Sequence record: LR880803
DNA length: 64,000 nucleotides
Source of the DNA: Escherichia phage Barry
Strand: one strand, 5' to 3'
Positions within the stretch are counted from its first letter, which is position 1; every line of letters begins with the position of its first letter. Of the stretch, positions 8,983-17,890 are shown in pieces. The translations under genes and the position numbers were made by a program. The notes under the pieces are model-generated. The model was given only the letters and a program-made list of their open reading frames with translations, did no database searches and was not told where the DNA came from.

Positions 8983-9276
8983 ATGGCTATTATCAAAAAC
9001 GTTGTAATTGCTGCAAAAACTCGTGATGACGCTCGCGTTATGGCTAAAAAGTTATGCGGGAAAGTGGTTGACAATGGGAAAAAATCTGCTGTAAGATGGG
9101 GCGTAAAGGTTGATAAACAGTTGAAGTTAAAAAATTCACCGATAAACCTTTTTACATGTGTAAACACTATCGGGAAGACAAATGTATACACGAAAAAGGC
9201 ATACATTAGACGCGTAGCATTAACATCCCCCATTCGTACAATGAGAAGTTATGCAAAGCTGAAAAATAACCGATAA
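8983..9276 (+). CDS. hypothetical protein (MAIIKN...)
   Basis: ATG at 8983 follows the cassette SD; track ORF 8968 begins at an in-frame TTG inside the cassette. Confidence 0.5.
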   Translation: MAIIKNVVIAAKTRDDARVMAKKLCGKVVDNGKKSAVRWGVKVDKQLKLKNSPINLFTCVNTIGKTNVYTKKAYIRRVALTSPIRTMRSYAKLKNNR

Positions 9277-9363
9277 AGTACTTTACAAGGGGCTTAAAAG
9301 TTGATATCTTAAGCCCCAGATAAAGAGCTTTACCACTAAATCCTTAAACTAGGAGACTCAAAA
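9276..9363 (+). repeat. leader cassette family A, copy 3 (variant loop, stem preserved)
   Basis: GGGGCTTAA-aagttgatatc-TTAAGCCCC, a compensated 9-bp stem. Confidence 0.7.
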
Positions 9364-9660
9364 ATGAAATTATCGAATAAAGTTCGTGAAAATCTAAGCA
9401 AGTTACTCAACAAAATTGATTTTATCGAGACATCAAGAAATAATCATGATGTTATGGAATGGTTGCACGGCAAAATAAAAGGCCGTCGCGTAGTGATTTG
9501 CTTATGGAATAGTTGCAGGGAGTATAAAAAACCTGTATTGCAAGTAAATATTTATGATGATACTTTTAAAAGTCCAGTAAAGTCTAAAAGTGACTTATTA
9601 GAATCCTATGAGATAACTGTAAATGGCAAAGTATCACGTAAAGAGGAAACACCATGTTAA
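9364..9660 (+). CDS. hypothetical protein
   Basis: 98-aa ORF after cassette SD. Confidence 0.5.
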   Translation: MKLSNKVRENLSKLLNKIDFIETSRNNHDVMEWLHGKIKGRRVVICLWNSCREYKKPVLQVNIYDDTFKSPVKSKSDLLESYEITVNGKVSRKEETPC

Positions 9661-9986
9661 TGACTGGCATCACCGCAATCCTTGCCATTTTCGCGCTATA
9701 TAAGGCATATAAAGCCTATAATCTAGCAAATAAGGCAATCACGCAACAGGTCAATAATAGCCTTGTAATGAGCTTTCTGGAGCGTTTAAGTGATGAACAA
9801 ATAAAACGGTTAGAAATGAGCTTCAGATTTCAATCAAAAACTTATCAAATCAGCGACATTTTCAAAGATGATTTTCAGTTAGTCGATGATTATAATTCTC
9901 TGATAAATGCTTTAAATGTCAGTGACTTAAAAGACTACTACGCTGTAATTGTTCAAGAATTGAGCAAACGAAAAAATTTCTCTTGA
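9654..9986 (+). CDS. hypothetical small membrane protein
   Basis: 110 aa, N-terminal hydrophobic segment GITAILAIFALY; overlaps previous by 7 nt. Confidence 0.4.
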   Translation: MLMTGITAILAIFALYKAYKAYNLANKAITQQVNNSLVMSFLERLSDEQIKRLEMSFRFQSKTYQISDIFKDDFQLVDDYNSLINALNVSDLKDYYAVIVQELSKRKNFS

Positions 9987-10073
9987 TTTTGGTTTTTAAA
10001 ACAAGTAAATTACTAATCAACGGGAGGTAATAACCTCCCCACTAAGTAAAGTCCTTAAACTAGGAGATTCAAA
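9987..10073 (+). repeat. leader cassette family B, copy 1 (hairpin GGGAGG-TAATAA-CCTCCC + SD)
   Basis: TTGATTTTGGTTTTTAAAACAAGTAAATTACTAATCAACGGGAGGTAATAACCTCCCCACTAAGTAAAGTCCTTAAACTAGGAGATTCAAAATG. Confidence 0.7.
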
Positions 10074-10346
10074 ATGTACACTACTAACAACGGTCGCACC
10101 TTAAACGTAACCATTCGTCACTATGTGAACGGTGTAATGCACTTCGAAGATTTACAAGCCGAACAACATATCTTAGATTGGCAACTTGCAGGACTACAAA
10201 AAACTGCTACAGGATACGGGAAAAAGATTCCAACCAGTTGGAAAGTATACTACGAAGGCCGTTTGCGCAGAATTTATCAAGATGTATACAGCAATAGCGC
10301 AACAAGTTACATCATAGTAAAAGGTAAAAAGCTGCATTTAGTGTAA
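10074..10346 (+). CDS. hypothetical protein
   Basis: 90-aa ORF after cassette B. Confidence 0.5.
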   Translation: MYTTNNGRTLNVTIRHYVNGVMHFEDLQAEQHILDWQLAGLQKTATGYGKKIPTSWKVYYEGRLRRIYQDVYSNSATSYIIVKGKKLHLV

Positions 10347-10543
10347 AGTACTTTACAAGGGGCTTATAGTTCGATAAAGTAAGCCCCAGATAAAGAGCTT
10401 TACCACTAAATCCTAAAGCAATAGCGCAACAAGTTACATCATAGTAAAAGGTAAAAAGCTGCATTTAGTGTAAAGTACTTTACAAGGGGCTTATAGTTCG
10501 ATAAAGTAAGCCCCAGATAAAGAGCTTTACCACTAAATCCTAA
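10290..10543 (+). repeat. perfect tandem direct duplication, 2 x 127 bp (3' end of gene 10074..10346 plus cassette A)
   Basis: 10290..10416 and 10417..10543 are identical as read. Confidence 0.8.
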
Positions 10544-10559
10544 ATTGGAGAACTTAAAA

Positions 10560-10964
10560 ATGGCTATTAATAATCGCGAGTTGTCAATCTTAAAAGCACG
10601 TTTGACCGTTAACCGGATTAATGTTATTACGTCATCAGCACCGGACGAAACATTGCACAACATTATTGGGAAGATTCAAAGCGTTATCTTAGACGTTGAA
10701 AACGTAAAAAACTCATTGGCTGACGTTGCAGCAGGTATCACGCTAGACGGTGCACAATATGAAATGTCCGACATGTTAGGCAAATCTAAGGTAATGAATA
10801 AAGAGCTTGATTTGAAAATGTTTCGGTTTGCTGTTAAAGTGTGGCTATCTGTCGAGTATGACGCTAACTTTGCAATCGCTGACTTTTTCGCCACTTGGTT
10901 ACAACGTAATTTGACAAATCATGATTTTCGTGGTATCTGCGATGCAATTTACACAGAACTATAA
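10560..10964 (+). CDS. hypothetical protein (MAINNRELS...)
   Basis: ATG at 10560 after cassette SD; track ORF 10545 starts at an in-frame TTG. Confidence 0.5.
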   Translation: MAINNRELSILKARLTVNRINVITSSAPDETLHNIIGKIQSVILDVENVKNSLADVAAGITLDGAQYEMSDMLGKSKVMNKELDLKMFRFAVKVWLSVEYDANFAIADFFATWLQRNLTNHDFRGICDAIYTEL

Positions 10965-11065
10965 AAATTTCTCTTGATTTTGATTTTTAAAACAAGTAAA
11001 TTACTAATCAACGGGAGGTAATGACCTCCCCACTAAACAAAGTCCTTAAACTAGGAGATTCAAAA
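10965..11065 (+). repeat. leader cassette family B, copy 2
   Basis: same unit as 9987..10073, with GGGAGGTAATGACCTCCCC. Confidence 0.7.
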
Positions 11066-11269
11066 ATGGCTATTATTAACGGTTTAACCATTGAAACTAC
11101 ACACATCAAAGATATTAAAGTCGGTGATGTAGTTCTCTTTCACGGCGTAGAAAAAACCGTCACGGCGAAAGATATTACAGAAGACTCCTTCATGGGTAGG
11201 TCACTCTTCGGTGATTCTTATTGCTTAGGTTACCGTGCAGTTTTAAAAGTTGTAAAAAATAACCGATAA
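11066..11269 (+). CDS. hypothetical small protein (MAIINGL...)
   Basis: ATG at 11066 follows cassette SD; track ORF 11021 starts upstream inside the cassette. Confidence 0.45.
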   Translation: MAIINGLTIETTHIKDIKVGDVVLFHGVEKTVTAKDITEDSFMGRSLFGDSYCLGYRAVLKVVKNNR

Positions 11270-11354
11270 AGTACTTTACAAGGGGCTTATAGTTCGATAA
11301 AGTAAGCCCCAGATAAAGAGCTTTACCACTAAATCCTAAACTGGAGATTCTAAA
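11270..11354 (+). repeat. leader cassette family A, copy 6
   Basis: same unit as 8426..8512. Confidence 0.7.
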
Positions 11355-11897
11355 ATGAAATGCTTTCACGGTACTACCCAAGAAAATTTCCTCAACCTGA
11401 TTAATAACGGTGACAAGCCATCAGGTGCATGGAATTGTTCGGATATGGACGGCAATTTTTACGTGTACCCAGAAAATAAAATCTATGGCGACGATGAGGA
11501 AGAGATAATCTCTGAAGGTATCCAGCAAGCGTTAGGTAATGCCACTATTACGGCCGCTTTCCAGATGAAAACACAAAATATTGTTATCTTAGAACTTGAT
11601 ATCCCAGAGGATGACCTAAATGACGATTATTCTTGTGATAATATGTCTGGCGTAGCAAGTTTTACAGAATACTTCGATTTAAATTGGATTAAAAAGGTTT
11701 ACGTAACAGAGTTTAACGCTATGTATTCGCCTTTTTGTCTTCCTTCATTGGATAACCCAAATTTAAATTATCTTGATGAGTCTCTGGAGCTTCTTGCTAA
11801 AAGTGTCCAACAGTCGGACAGTATTCAGGTTTTTTGTGACATCATGGACACACTAACGGGAAACATCGCAGAAGAGGATTTAAAGAGCTTTTTCTAA
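11355..11897 (+). CDS. hypothetical acidic protein
   Basis: 180-aa ORF after cassette SD. Confidence 0.5.
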   Translation: MKCFHGTTQENFLNLINNGDKPSGAWNCSDMDGNFYVYPENKIYGDDEEEIISEGIQQALGNATITAAFQMKTQNIVILELDIPEDDLNDDYSCDNMSGVASFTEYFDLNWIKKVYVTEFNAMYSPFCLPSLDNPNLNYLDESLELLAKSVQQSDSIQVFCDIMDTLTGNIAEEDLKSFF

Positions 11898-11930
11898 AAA
11901 CCTATGCAATCGCCTTATAAACACTGATTA

Positions 11931-11949
11931 GCCCCTCACAGGGGCTTTT
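11931..11949 (+). terminator. rho-independent terminator
   Basis: GCCCCT-CACA-GGGGC followed by TTTT. Confidence 0.55.
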
Positions 11950-11963
11950 AAGAGGCTTAAATC

Positions 11964-12197
11964 ATGCTTACAACCGTTTATCTTATCCTTTCTATTTGTA
12001 ATGGTCATTCATGTGATTTTAAAGGGCTTGAGGAGTTTACAGGAAGTAAAGAAAATGCTGTTCAGGTCTGTCAGATAGCAAGGCAAGACTACCCCGCCAG
12101 TGATGACATACAATGTTACTTTAAGACAGAAGATGAAGATGGTATCTATTTCGATAGTGTAGACGGTCAATATGAAATAATTATAGAAAAAGACTAG
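11964..12197 (+). CDS. hypothetical small protein
   Basis: 77-aa ORF; weak SD. Confidence 0.35.
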   Translation: MLTTVYLILSICNGHSCDFKGLEEFTGSKENAVQVCQIARQDYPASDDIQCYFKTEDEDGIYFDSVDGQYEIIIEKD

Positions 12198-12287
12198 ACA
12201 AGCCTGATAAAAATCTGTAAATTACTAATCAACGGGGAGGGAATGACCTTCCCCACTAAACAAAATCCTAAACTGGAGATTCAAAAA
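12198..12287 (+). repeat. leader cassette family B, copy 3 (stem variant GGGGAGGG/CCTTCCCC)
   Basis: TGTAAATTACTAATCAACGGGGAGGGAATGACCTTCCCCACTAAACAAAATCCTAAACTGGAGATTCAAAAAATG. Confidence 0.7.
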
Positions 12288-12629
12288 ATGGCTTATGTAA
12301 CCGTAATTACTGATAAAGAGGGTTCATCTTGGTCAACTCAGGTTAGTGATAAGATGTCGCCTATGCAGTGCCTAAAATACTTTGAACAGTGGAACAAAGG
12401 CGAGGACACAAGCCCCTTTCAAGTGATGCAGATTATCCATGTAGACAATGAAGGGAAGAAAACGACTTTAAACAGCGAGTTCTATGCAACCCGATTTGAA
12501 ACGAGATGTAAAACGATGAAGTTATTACGTGAATCCGGTTATGCCCATATCGCCGCGTTAATCTGGGATGACCTGCTAAAAAGTCAGCGTATCAGCTATG
12601 TAAAACCTGAAAAAATATTCATCAGTTAA
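12288..12629 (+). CDS. hypothetical protein (MAYVTVITDKEG...)
   Basis: ATG at 12288 after cassette SD. Confidence 0.45.
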   Translation: MAYVTVITDKEGSSWSTQVSDKMSPMQCLKYFEQWNKGEDTSPFQVMQIIHVDNEGKKTTLNSEFYATRFETRCKTMKLLRESGYAHIAALIWDDLLKSQRISYVKPEKIFIS

Positions 12630-12650
12630 TCAATAACTTACAAAAAACTT

Positions 12651-12679
12651 TCAAAAAAGTATTGACAACGCCCCTTGAC
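12651..12679 (+). promoter_or_regulatory. candidate sigma70-like promoter (tandem TTGACA boxes)
   Basis: TTGACA-acgcccc-TTGACA ... TAGATT in a 220-bp gap. Confidence 0.3.
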
Positions 12680-12769
12680 ATTGGTAGATTTGTTCGAGGG
12701 GGTTTATCTAAAAGGGATTAACTTAAAAGATTCTTTATAGATAAACTTAAAAAATTGCTTGCAATCAGA

Positions 12770-12850
12770 TATCAAAACAAGTAAATTACTAATCAACGGG
12801 AGGTAATAGCCTCCCCACTAAACAAAGTCCTTAAACTAGGAGATTCAAAA
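12770..12850 (+). repeat. leader cassette family B, copy 4
   Basis: AAAACAAGTAAATTACTAATCAACGGGAGGTAATAGCCTCCCCACTAAACAAAGTCCTTAAACTAGGAGATTCAAAAATG. Confidence 0.7.
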
Positions 12851-13381
12851 ATGAACAAATTTCAAGCTATCAACTACATTCGCTCAAATGCTGTAATGTC
12901 TAAGCCTGTTAAAGATACCTATGAATTTCGCTGCAATGGGGTACACTTTGCAACCATCACTAAATCAGAAAACGGGGCTTATTACGTTCATCGTCGTAAT
13001 GTTGCAACCGTTGTAGTCTCTCACTTTATGCAAGCTGTAGCAGAGTTATTACCGCTATTCTTAGGGATTTACTTGGATGAGTGTAAAAACGTTCACAACC
13101 ACGTTAAAAACCTTTTAAACGGTTATAAAATGGCTTATGAACGTTCTATCAAGTCACTAAACAAGTTTTACAATGCACCTGCAAATACTGTTTCAATGGC
13201 TTATGATGTAAACGGTGAGTTAGTTAGTCTCTTTAAAGTGGAAGAGATTAAACTGTATAATTTACGTCCTAGTGGTTACTCTAAGACTCTTGGTGAAGGT
13301 TTAACGTTCAATATCAAGAACTTAGAAAAAACTTTAAAAGACATTGAAAAAGATATTGACGAGACACTTAAAAGTCTGTAA
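12851..13381 (+). CDS. hypothetical protein
   Basis: 176-aa ORF after cassette SD. Confidence 0.5.
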   Translation: MNKFQAINYIRSNAVMSKPVKDTYEFRCNGVHFATITKSENGAYYVHRRNVATVVVSHFMQAVAELLPLFLGIYLDECKNVHNHVKNLLNGYKMAYERSIKSLNKFYNAPANTVSMAYDVNGELVSLFKVEEIKLYNLRPSGYSKTLGEGLTFNIKNLEKTLKDIEKDIDETLKSL

Positions 13382-13447
13382 ATTGTCAATCAACGGGGAG
13401 GGAATGACCTTCCCCACTAAATAAAGTCCTAAACTGGAGTTATCAAG
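13376..13447 (+). repeat. leader cassette family B, copy 5
   Basis: stop codon of the upstream gene lies inside the unit (cTGTAAATTG...). Confidence 0.7.
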
Positions 13448-13711
13448 ATGGAAAACGTAGAATTAACCACACTTTTACAAATTGCAACCGACAAAGAAAA
13501 CGTAGCTTTATTTCACCGCATCGAAAGTGATTTGTTCAATGGTGAAATCATCAAAGAGTCTTACGAGGTTGTTGGATTCAAAGATGGTAAAACATTTGGA
13601 TTCTTTGACCTCGAAAAAGGCAACGCTGTTACAAAATATGATGTTTTATCTTGTGAGATTCTTACAAAATACAACGAAAAAAGGCTTGCAACATACGCCA
13701 ATATGCAGTAA
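13448..13711 (+). CDS. hypothetical small protein
   Basis: 87-aa ORF after cassette SD. Confidence 0.45.
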   Translation: MENVELTTLLQIATDKENVALFHRIESDLFNGEIIKESYEVVGFKDGKTFGFFDLEKGNAVTKYDVLSCEILTKYNEKRLATYANMQ

Positions 13712-13777
13712 ATTACTAATCAACGGGAGGCGATAACCTCCCCACTAAATAAAACCCTTAAACTAGGAGATTCAAAA
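13706..13777 (+). repeat. leader cassette family B, copy 6
   Basis: CAGTAAATTACTAATCAACGGGAGGCGATAACCTCCCCACTAAATAAAACCCTTAAACTAGGAGATTCAAAAATG. Confidence 0.7.
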
Positions 13778-14026
13778 ATGGCAACTATCCGCGCTACTGT
13801 TAACGAGTTCGGTTTTTCCTCTCTGGATGTTAAATTTGACATTGCAGGCACTGATAACGCCTTTGAAATGGTGAAAGGTCTTATCAGTCAGACCATCAAA
13901 GACTATAATCCTTCTGATGAGTTCTGGAAAGAAACAAAACAGGAAGTTCTCAAAGAGGGTTATTCTTATCACTATTGGGGTGAAAAAATTGTCTCTCTGT
14001 ACTACGACAAAGAAGGCACTAACTAA
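13778..14026 (+). CDS. hypothetical small protein
   Basis: 82-aa ORF after cassette SD; followed by terminator. Confidence 0.5.
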   Translation: MATIRATVNEFGFSSLDVKFDIAGTDNAFEMVKGLISQTIKDYNPSDEFWKETKQEVLKEGYSYHYWGEKIVSLYYDKEGTN

Positions 14027-14066
14027 ACGCCGCAGCGGGGCTAAATAGCCCCAGATACCTTTATAC

Positions 14067-14088
14067 AGCCCCTCACAGGGGCTTTTTT
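14067..14088 (+). terminator. rho-independent terminator closing the small-gene array
   Basis: AGCCCCT-CACA-GGGGC followed by TTTTTT; a second hairpin GGGGCTAAATAGCCCC lies just upstream. Confidence 0.6.
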
Positions 14089-14092
14089 ACGT

Positions 14093-15708
14093 CTATCCAA
14101 TCCTTATACAATCCCTTTCCTCACCTTTTCAGAATCTTATCAGACCTTAAAAGCAATAACTCTATAGTCTACTCTATAGCCTTTTATCAAATCAACTTAA
14201 ATATAAGCCAATAACCCCAGAAAGGGGATGGCCCACTTAAACGCTCTATAAAGCGCTATAACAACCTTATCAATCTAACTTAAGGGATTGCATTAACTCA
14301 CCCTTAAAAGCTCTTTACAGGGCTTTATAGAGGCTTAAAAGAATCTTATAAGGTTATGAGCTTTATTGTCTCGTTAGTATCTTGTGAATAGTTAAACAAT
14401 CCCCTTGATAGTCACTAAAAAGTATGTTATAGGGGCTATAAAGTTACTTCAAAGTTACGTAAAAGGGGCTATAAAGTTACGTAAATGCTAACCCCCTTAA
14501 CATTTTCTTAACAATTTCTTAACAATCCCTACATAGTTATGCTTGTTAGAGACTTGTTAGCCCCTTGTTAAATCTCTGTTAAAATCACGTAAAAGCCTTG
14601 TAAGAGTCTTTGACATAGCCTTAAAAGCTCCTGTAAAGCCCTATAAAGAGGTATCTGTACAGTTGGGTGATAGATACTAGGAAGAGACTTAAAAGAGCTT
14701 ATAAAGAGCTATAGAGAGCTTTTAAGAGGTATGTTTAAAGAATCACTAAGAAAGGAAAGGGAACGATAAGAAAGAAGTAGTGACCATGTTAATAGCTTGT
14801 TAAAAAGATTAAACACTTGTTAGAAACTTGTTAATTATCTTAATTGGTATTGTTACCAATCCCTACAAAATAACTCTTAAAAATTAACTTGTTAGCTCTT
14901 GTTAGTCATCTGTTAAGCCTCTGTAAAGACTATGTATCAACTATTAAGAAACTGTTAAGCCCTTGTTAGTTCTGTTAAGAATCTGTTAAGACCTTTGAAG
15001 AGTTGTTAAGAAGATGTGAGAGCTGTTAAGAGATTGTTAAGGATATTTTAAAATTTTGCAAAGTACTTGTAAGGGAGCTGTTAAGGGCTACCAAGCAGAT
15101 ATACATCCTAATCAGATATTTTTCAGTTCCTTCAAAGACCCTAAAAAATGACTTGATAGTCCTATTTTATAAAAATTTTAAGATTCTGAATAATTACCTA
15201 TACAGTCTTTTAAAAATACAGGTAGAAACAGGCTTATAAGATACCTTGTTAGTACCGTGTTAGACCTTGTGAGATAAGGTCTGTAAAGATATCCCTGTTA
15301 AGTTTGTTAAAACAGTCTATATAGAGGCTTAGTAATACCTAGTGAACACCTATAGAGAGTGTCATAGCTGACATAGAGATTAAGAGGTGTATAGGGGCTT
15401 CTAAGAGGGTATAGAGAGACGGTTAAGGTGATTGTATAGGTTGTTAAGAAGGCTTGTTAGAAGAGTGTTTAGAAGGCTTGTTAGAGGGCTTGTTAGAAGG
15501 GTTATACAGAAGGGCTATTAAGACCACTAGATAGTTACTAAGATACTATATAGTACTATATAACTATATATATAGAGAGTAAGATTAAGAAGGTTGTTAA
15601 GAAGGATAGATATTTTGTTCACATATAATGGTGACCCAGAGGTTGGGACAACCGATAAAATTTTATAAAAATTAAAAAGCCCCCAATTAAGGAGGCTCTT
15701 AAGATATT
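14093..15708. repeat. 1.6-kb ORF-free, AT-rich region packed with degenerate short motifs (CTTAAAAG, TATAAAGAGG, CTTGTTAG/CTGTTAAG, GGCTTGTTAGAAG)
   Basis: no ORF of 60 aa or more on either strand; lies between convergent + and - gene blocks. Confidence 0.6.
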
Positions 15709-16302
15709 TTAAATCAGTGTTTCCAGAACTGCCTTCAGTGATGACTTGGTTGTCTGATAAAAATGAGTAAATCCATTGTTGTTATCGAATATCTGCATCA
15801 TGATATCATCACCCTTGATTGGGTAAACTCGGATATCATAGTGAAAACCATTAAAGACACAAGAGCCATTACAGAATGCACTAAAGTCATCAACTGAGAT
15901 ATACTCTTCATGTCCTGTGATTTTTATACAAATGCCTTTACTTGGTCTCTTAGGGTTGATATCTTCCATCACAGACATACTCTGTCCACCAAGAGATACC
16001 ATAGTGACCACTTTACGGTTCTTCTGTTTAAAGTACATCTTAACTTTCTGCAAAGTGTCTTCATAGAACGGATAAGACCTTTCTACAAAGATTCCTTCAA
16101 GTGGCTCTTTACCATTTTCAACTTCTCTGTTATGCCGTACTGCAAAGATAATTTGTTCGAACCAGTCAAGATTTTCTTCGGAGAGTGCTTCTCGAATATC
16201 ACTCCAGTCAAGGACTAGGTAGTTACCTTCAACTTCTTTTAAGTTATCTTTTTCCATAGCTATCACACCATTATCGTAAAACTTGGTAGGCTGGTACTGC
16301 AA
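15709..16302 (-). CDS. hypothetical protein
   Basis: 197-aa ORF. Confidence 0.5.
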   Translation of the reverse strand: MQYQPTKFYDNGVIAMEKDNLKEVEGNYLVLDWSDIREALSEENLDWFEQIIFAVRHNREVENGKEPLEGIFVERSYPFYEDTLQKVKMYFKQKNRKVVTMVSLGGQSMSVMEDINPKRPSKGICIKITGHEEYISVDDFSAFCNGSCVFNGFHYDIRVYPIKGDDIMMQIFDNNNGFTHFYQTTKSSLKAVLETLI

Positions 16303-16735
16303 ACTTGTTGCTGTTGTTCTTAATAAGGTCTTCTTCTGTTACTAAGAATGTAATCCCACATAAGTGCGTATAGTGGCTGTCATACTCAAATATTTTAAGT
16401 AAATATTTACCATCATGATAGACAGATTCTACTACACCTTTTGCAACAATCTTTCCAGTCTTGAAATCTTTAAGAGGGTATGTATTACCGACTCTAGGGA
16501 CTGTTTTCATCTCAGGTTCTTTTAGCTTCTCACCAACTTCTACATCACCTAGCAAGTGAGAACTTTCAAAAGCTACATATTGCATATAAGCATCTGAGCA
16601 TTCCCAGATAAAACAATGTACAAGAGCCTTAGCAGCATGTCTTGAACAATTCAACTTATCACAAATCTCTTTGTACATTTCATCTTTAGTTGAGTTGTCA
16701 AGCATTGCTTTTTGAACGACTTCTTTAATTTTCAT
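16271..16735 (-). CDS. hypothetical protein
   Basis: 154-aa ORF. Confidence 0.5.
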   Translation of the reverse strand: MKIKEVVQKAMLDNSTKDEMYKEICDKLNCSRHAAKALVHCFIWECSDAYMQYVAFESSHLLGDVEVGEKLKEPEMKTVPRVGNTYPLKDFKTGKIVAKGVVESVYHDGKYLLKIFEYDSHYTHLCGITFLVTEEDLIKNNSNKFAVPAYQVLR

Positions 16736-16787
16736 TTCGCTACCTTCTAAGCTTCTACAAAGGGGCTATCAAGTAACCCCTAAGCTA

Positions 16788-17012
16788 TTACTCAGACTTT
16801 TCAGTCTTCTTATCGGATTTCTTACTAGTCTTCTTCTCAGCTTTCTGCTCAGGTTCCTTCTCAGAAGTTGCCTTAATAACCATATCAAGAAGCTCTGATA
16901 GGTCACTCTTCAGCAAAGTAACAGGCTGCTCATTGTAGAAGTTTTTGTCAAGATAAACTTTGAACTCTTCTATAGAAGGAAATCCAAAAATTGGTACAGG
17001 TGTCTTAATCAT
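16788..17012 (-). CDS. hypothetical small protein with Lys/Glu-rich tail
   Basis: 74-aa ORF. Confidence 0.4.
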   Translation of the reverse strand: MIKTPVPIFGFPSIEEFKVYLDKNFYNEQPVTLLKSDLSELLDMVIKATSEKEPEQKAEKKTSKKSDKKTEKSE

Positions 17013-17088
17013 TGCTTAGTCTCTCCATAGGCATCTTTTAAGATTGCCTTGTTAATCATTTCAGCGATTGCAAAACGAACACATACAG

Positions 17089-17592
17089 CTATAGTTGTAG
17101 GTTGCATTCTTTACTTACCTCTTCAAGTTTAATCTCCGAGTCCTTAAGTCGTTTCTTATGAACTCTGAATCTTAGTAGTGAGATAATGATACCAGCTAAA
17201 GGAACAGCATACAAGTACCATACATCATATACCTTTGCAGTAATCTGTGTGATAGTTAAATCTTGAGCTATGTAACTGATTGCTGATACGGCTAGTAATG
17301 TTGCTAAGAAGAAAACCAGTATCATAGCAATATTCAGACAACCTCTGGCATGGTATTCATGCTTAATGCACTTATTCTTCTCTTCAACAACCCTGTTGTA
17401 GTCATTTGTAAAGTCTCTGTAGAAAGCTTTCAAGTATTCTTGAGTGTAGCCTTCAAAGCAACCTGTACCGTACCAATAGTCACCACCAAAGTGTGCTATG
17501 ATACCGGTATCCCCATTTGGTTTGGTTACTCTCAAAGAGGTGTGATGACGAGTATCCTGATAATCTATCTTATATCTTTCTTCGTAAATCAT
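17089..17592 (-). CDS. hypothetical membrane protein
   Basis: 167 aa with central hydrophobic stretch MILVFFLATLLAVSAISYIA. Confidence 0.45.
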   Translation of the reverse strand: MIYEERYKIDYQDTRHHTSLRVTKPNGDTGIIAHFGGDYWYGTGCFEGYTQEYLKAFYRDFTNDYNRVVEEKNKCIKHEYHARGCLNIAMILVFFLATLLAVSAISYIAQDLTITQITAKVYDVWYLYAVPLAGIIISLLRFRVHKKRLKDSEIKLEEVSKECNLQL

Positions 17593-17807
17593 TTTCCAAT
17601 CCCTCTCAATCGTTTATTCCACTCAAGGTCAACAAGTCTTTGCAGGACTTTCCCTCTAGGTGTTACACCTTTTAAATCTGCATCGTAGCAACGGTAAAAG
17701 TCACCTTCAGCGTGTTTACCATAGCACTTTCTTATATTCTGACTTCTACGATATTGCTCTAACAGGGACAGTTTGTAGTAATCTTCAACTGTAGTTAGCT
17801 TTTTCAT
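17589..17807 (-). CDS. hypothetical small protein
   Basis: 72-aa ORF, start overlaps the stop of the downstream gene. Confidence 0.4.
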   Translation of the reverse strand: MKKLTTVEDYYKLSLLEQYRRSQNIRKCYGKHAEGDFYRCYDADLKGVTPRGKVLQRLVDLEWNKRLRGIGK

Positions 17808-17890
17808 TCTTTCACCACGAATCCTCTTAAGAAACTAAAAAGGGAACTACCTCTCGATAGCTCCCATCATAGTTAACATTGTATATTTGG

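Noticed and set aside
10439-10663. Antisense ORF 10439..10663 (-), with 8886..9233 (-) and 11190..11381 (-) sharing its C-terminal peptide
   Set aside because: The shared peptide (IAIFKFSNLGFSGKALYLGLTLSNYKPLVKYF) is simply the antisense reading of cassette A; these ORFs are artifacts of the repeat and duplication.
8426-13777. Regular repeats separated by unique sequence, superficially CRISPR-like
   Set aside because: Repeat units are 70-100 bp in two families, the 'spacers' are protein-coding genes of very different lengths (200-550 bp) each starting right after the unit's SD, and there is no cas gene; these are gene leader cassettes, not a CRISPR array.
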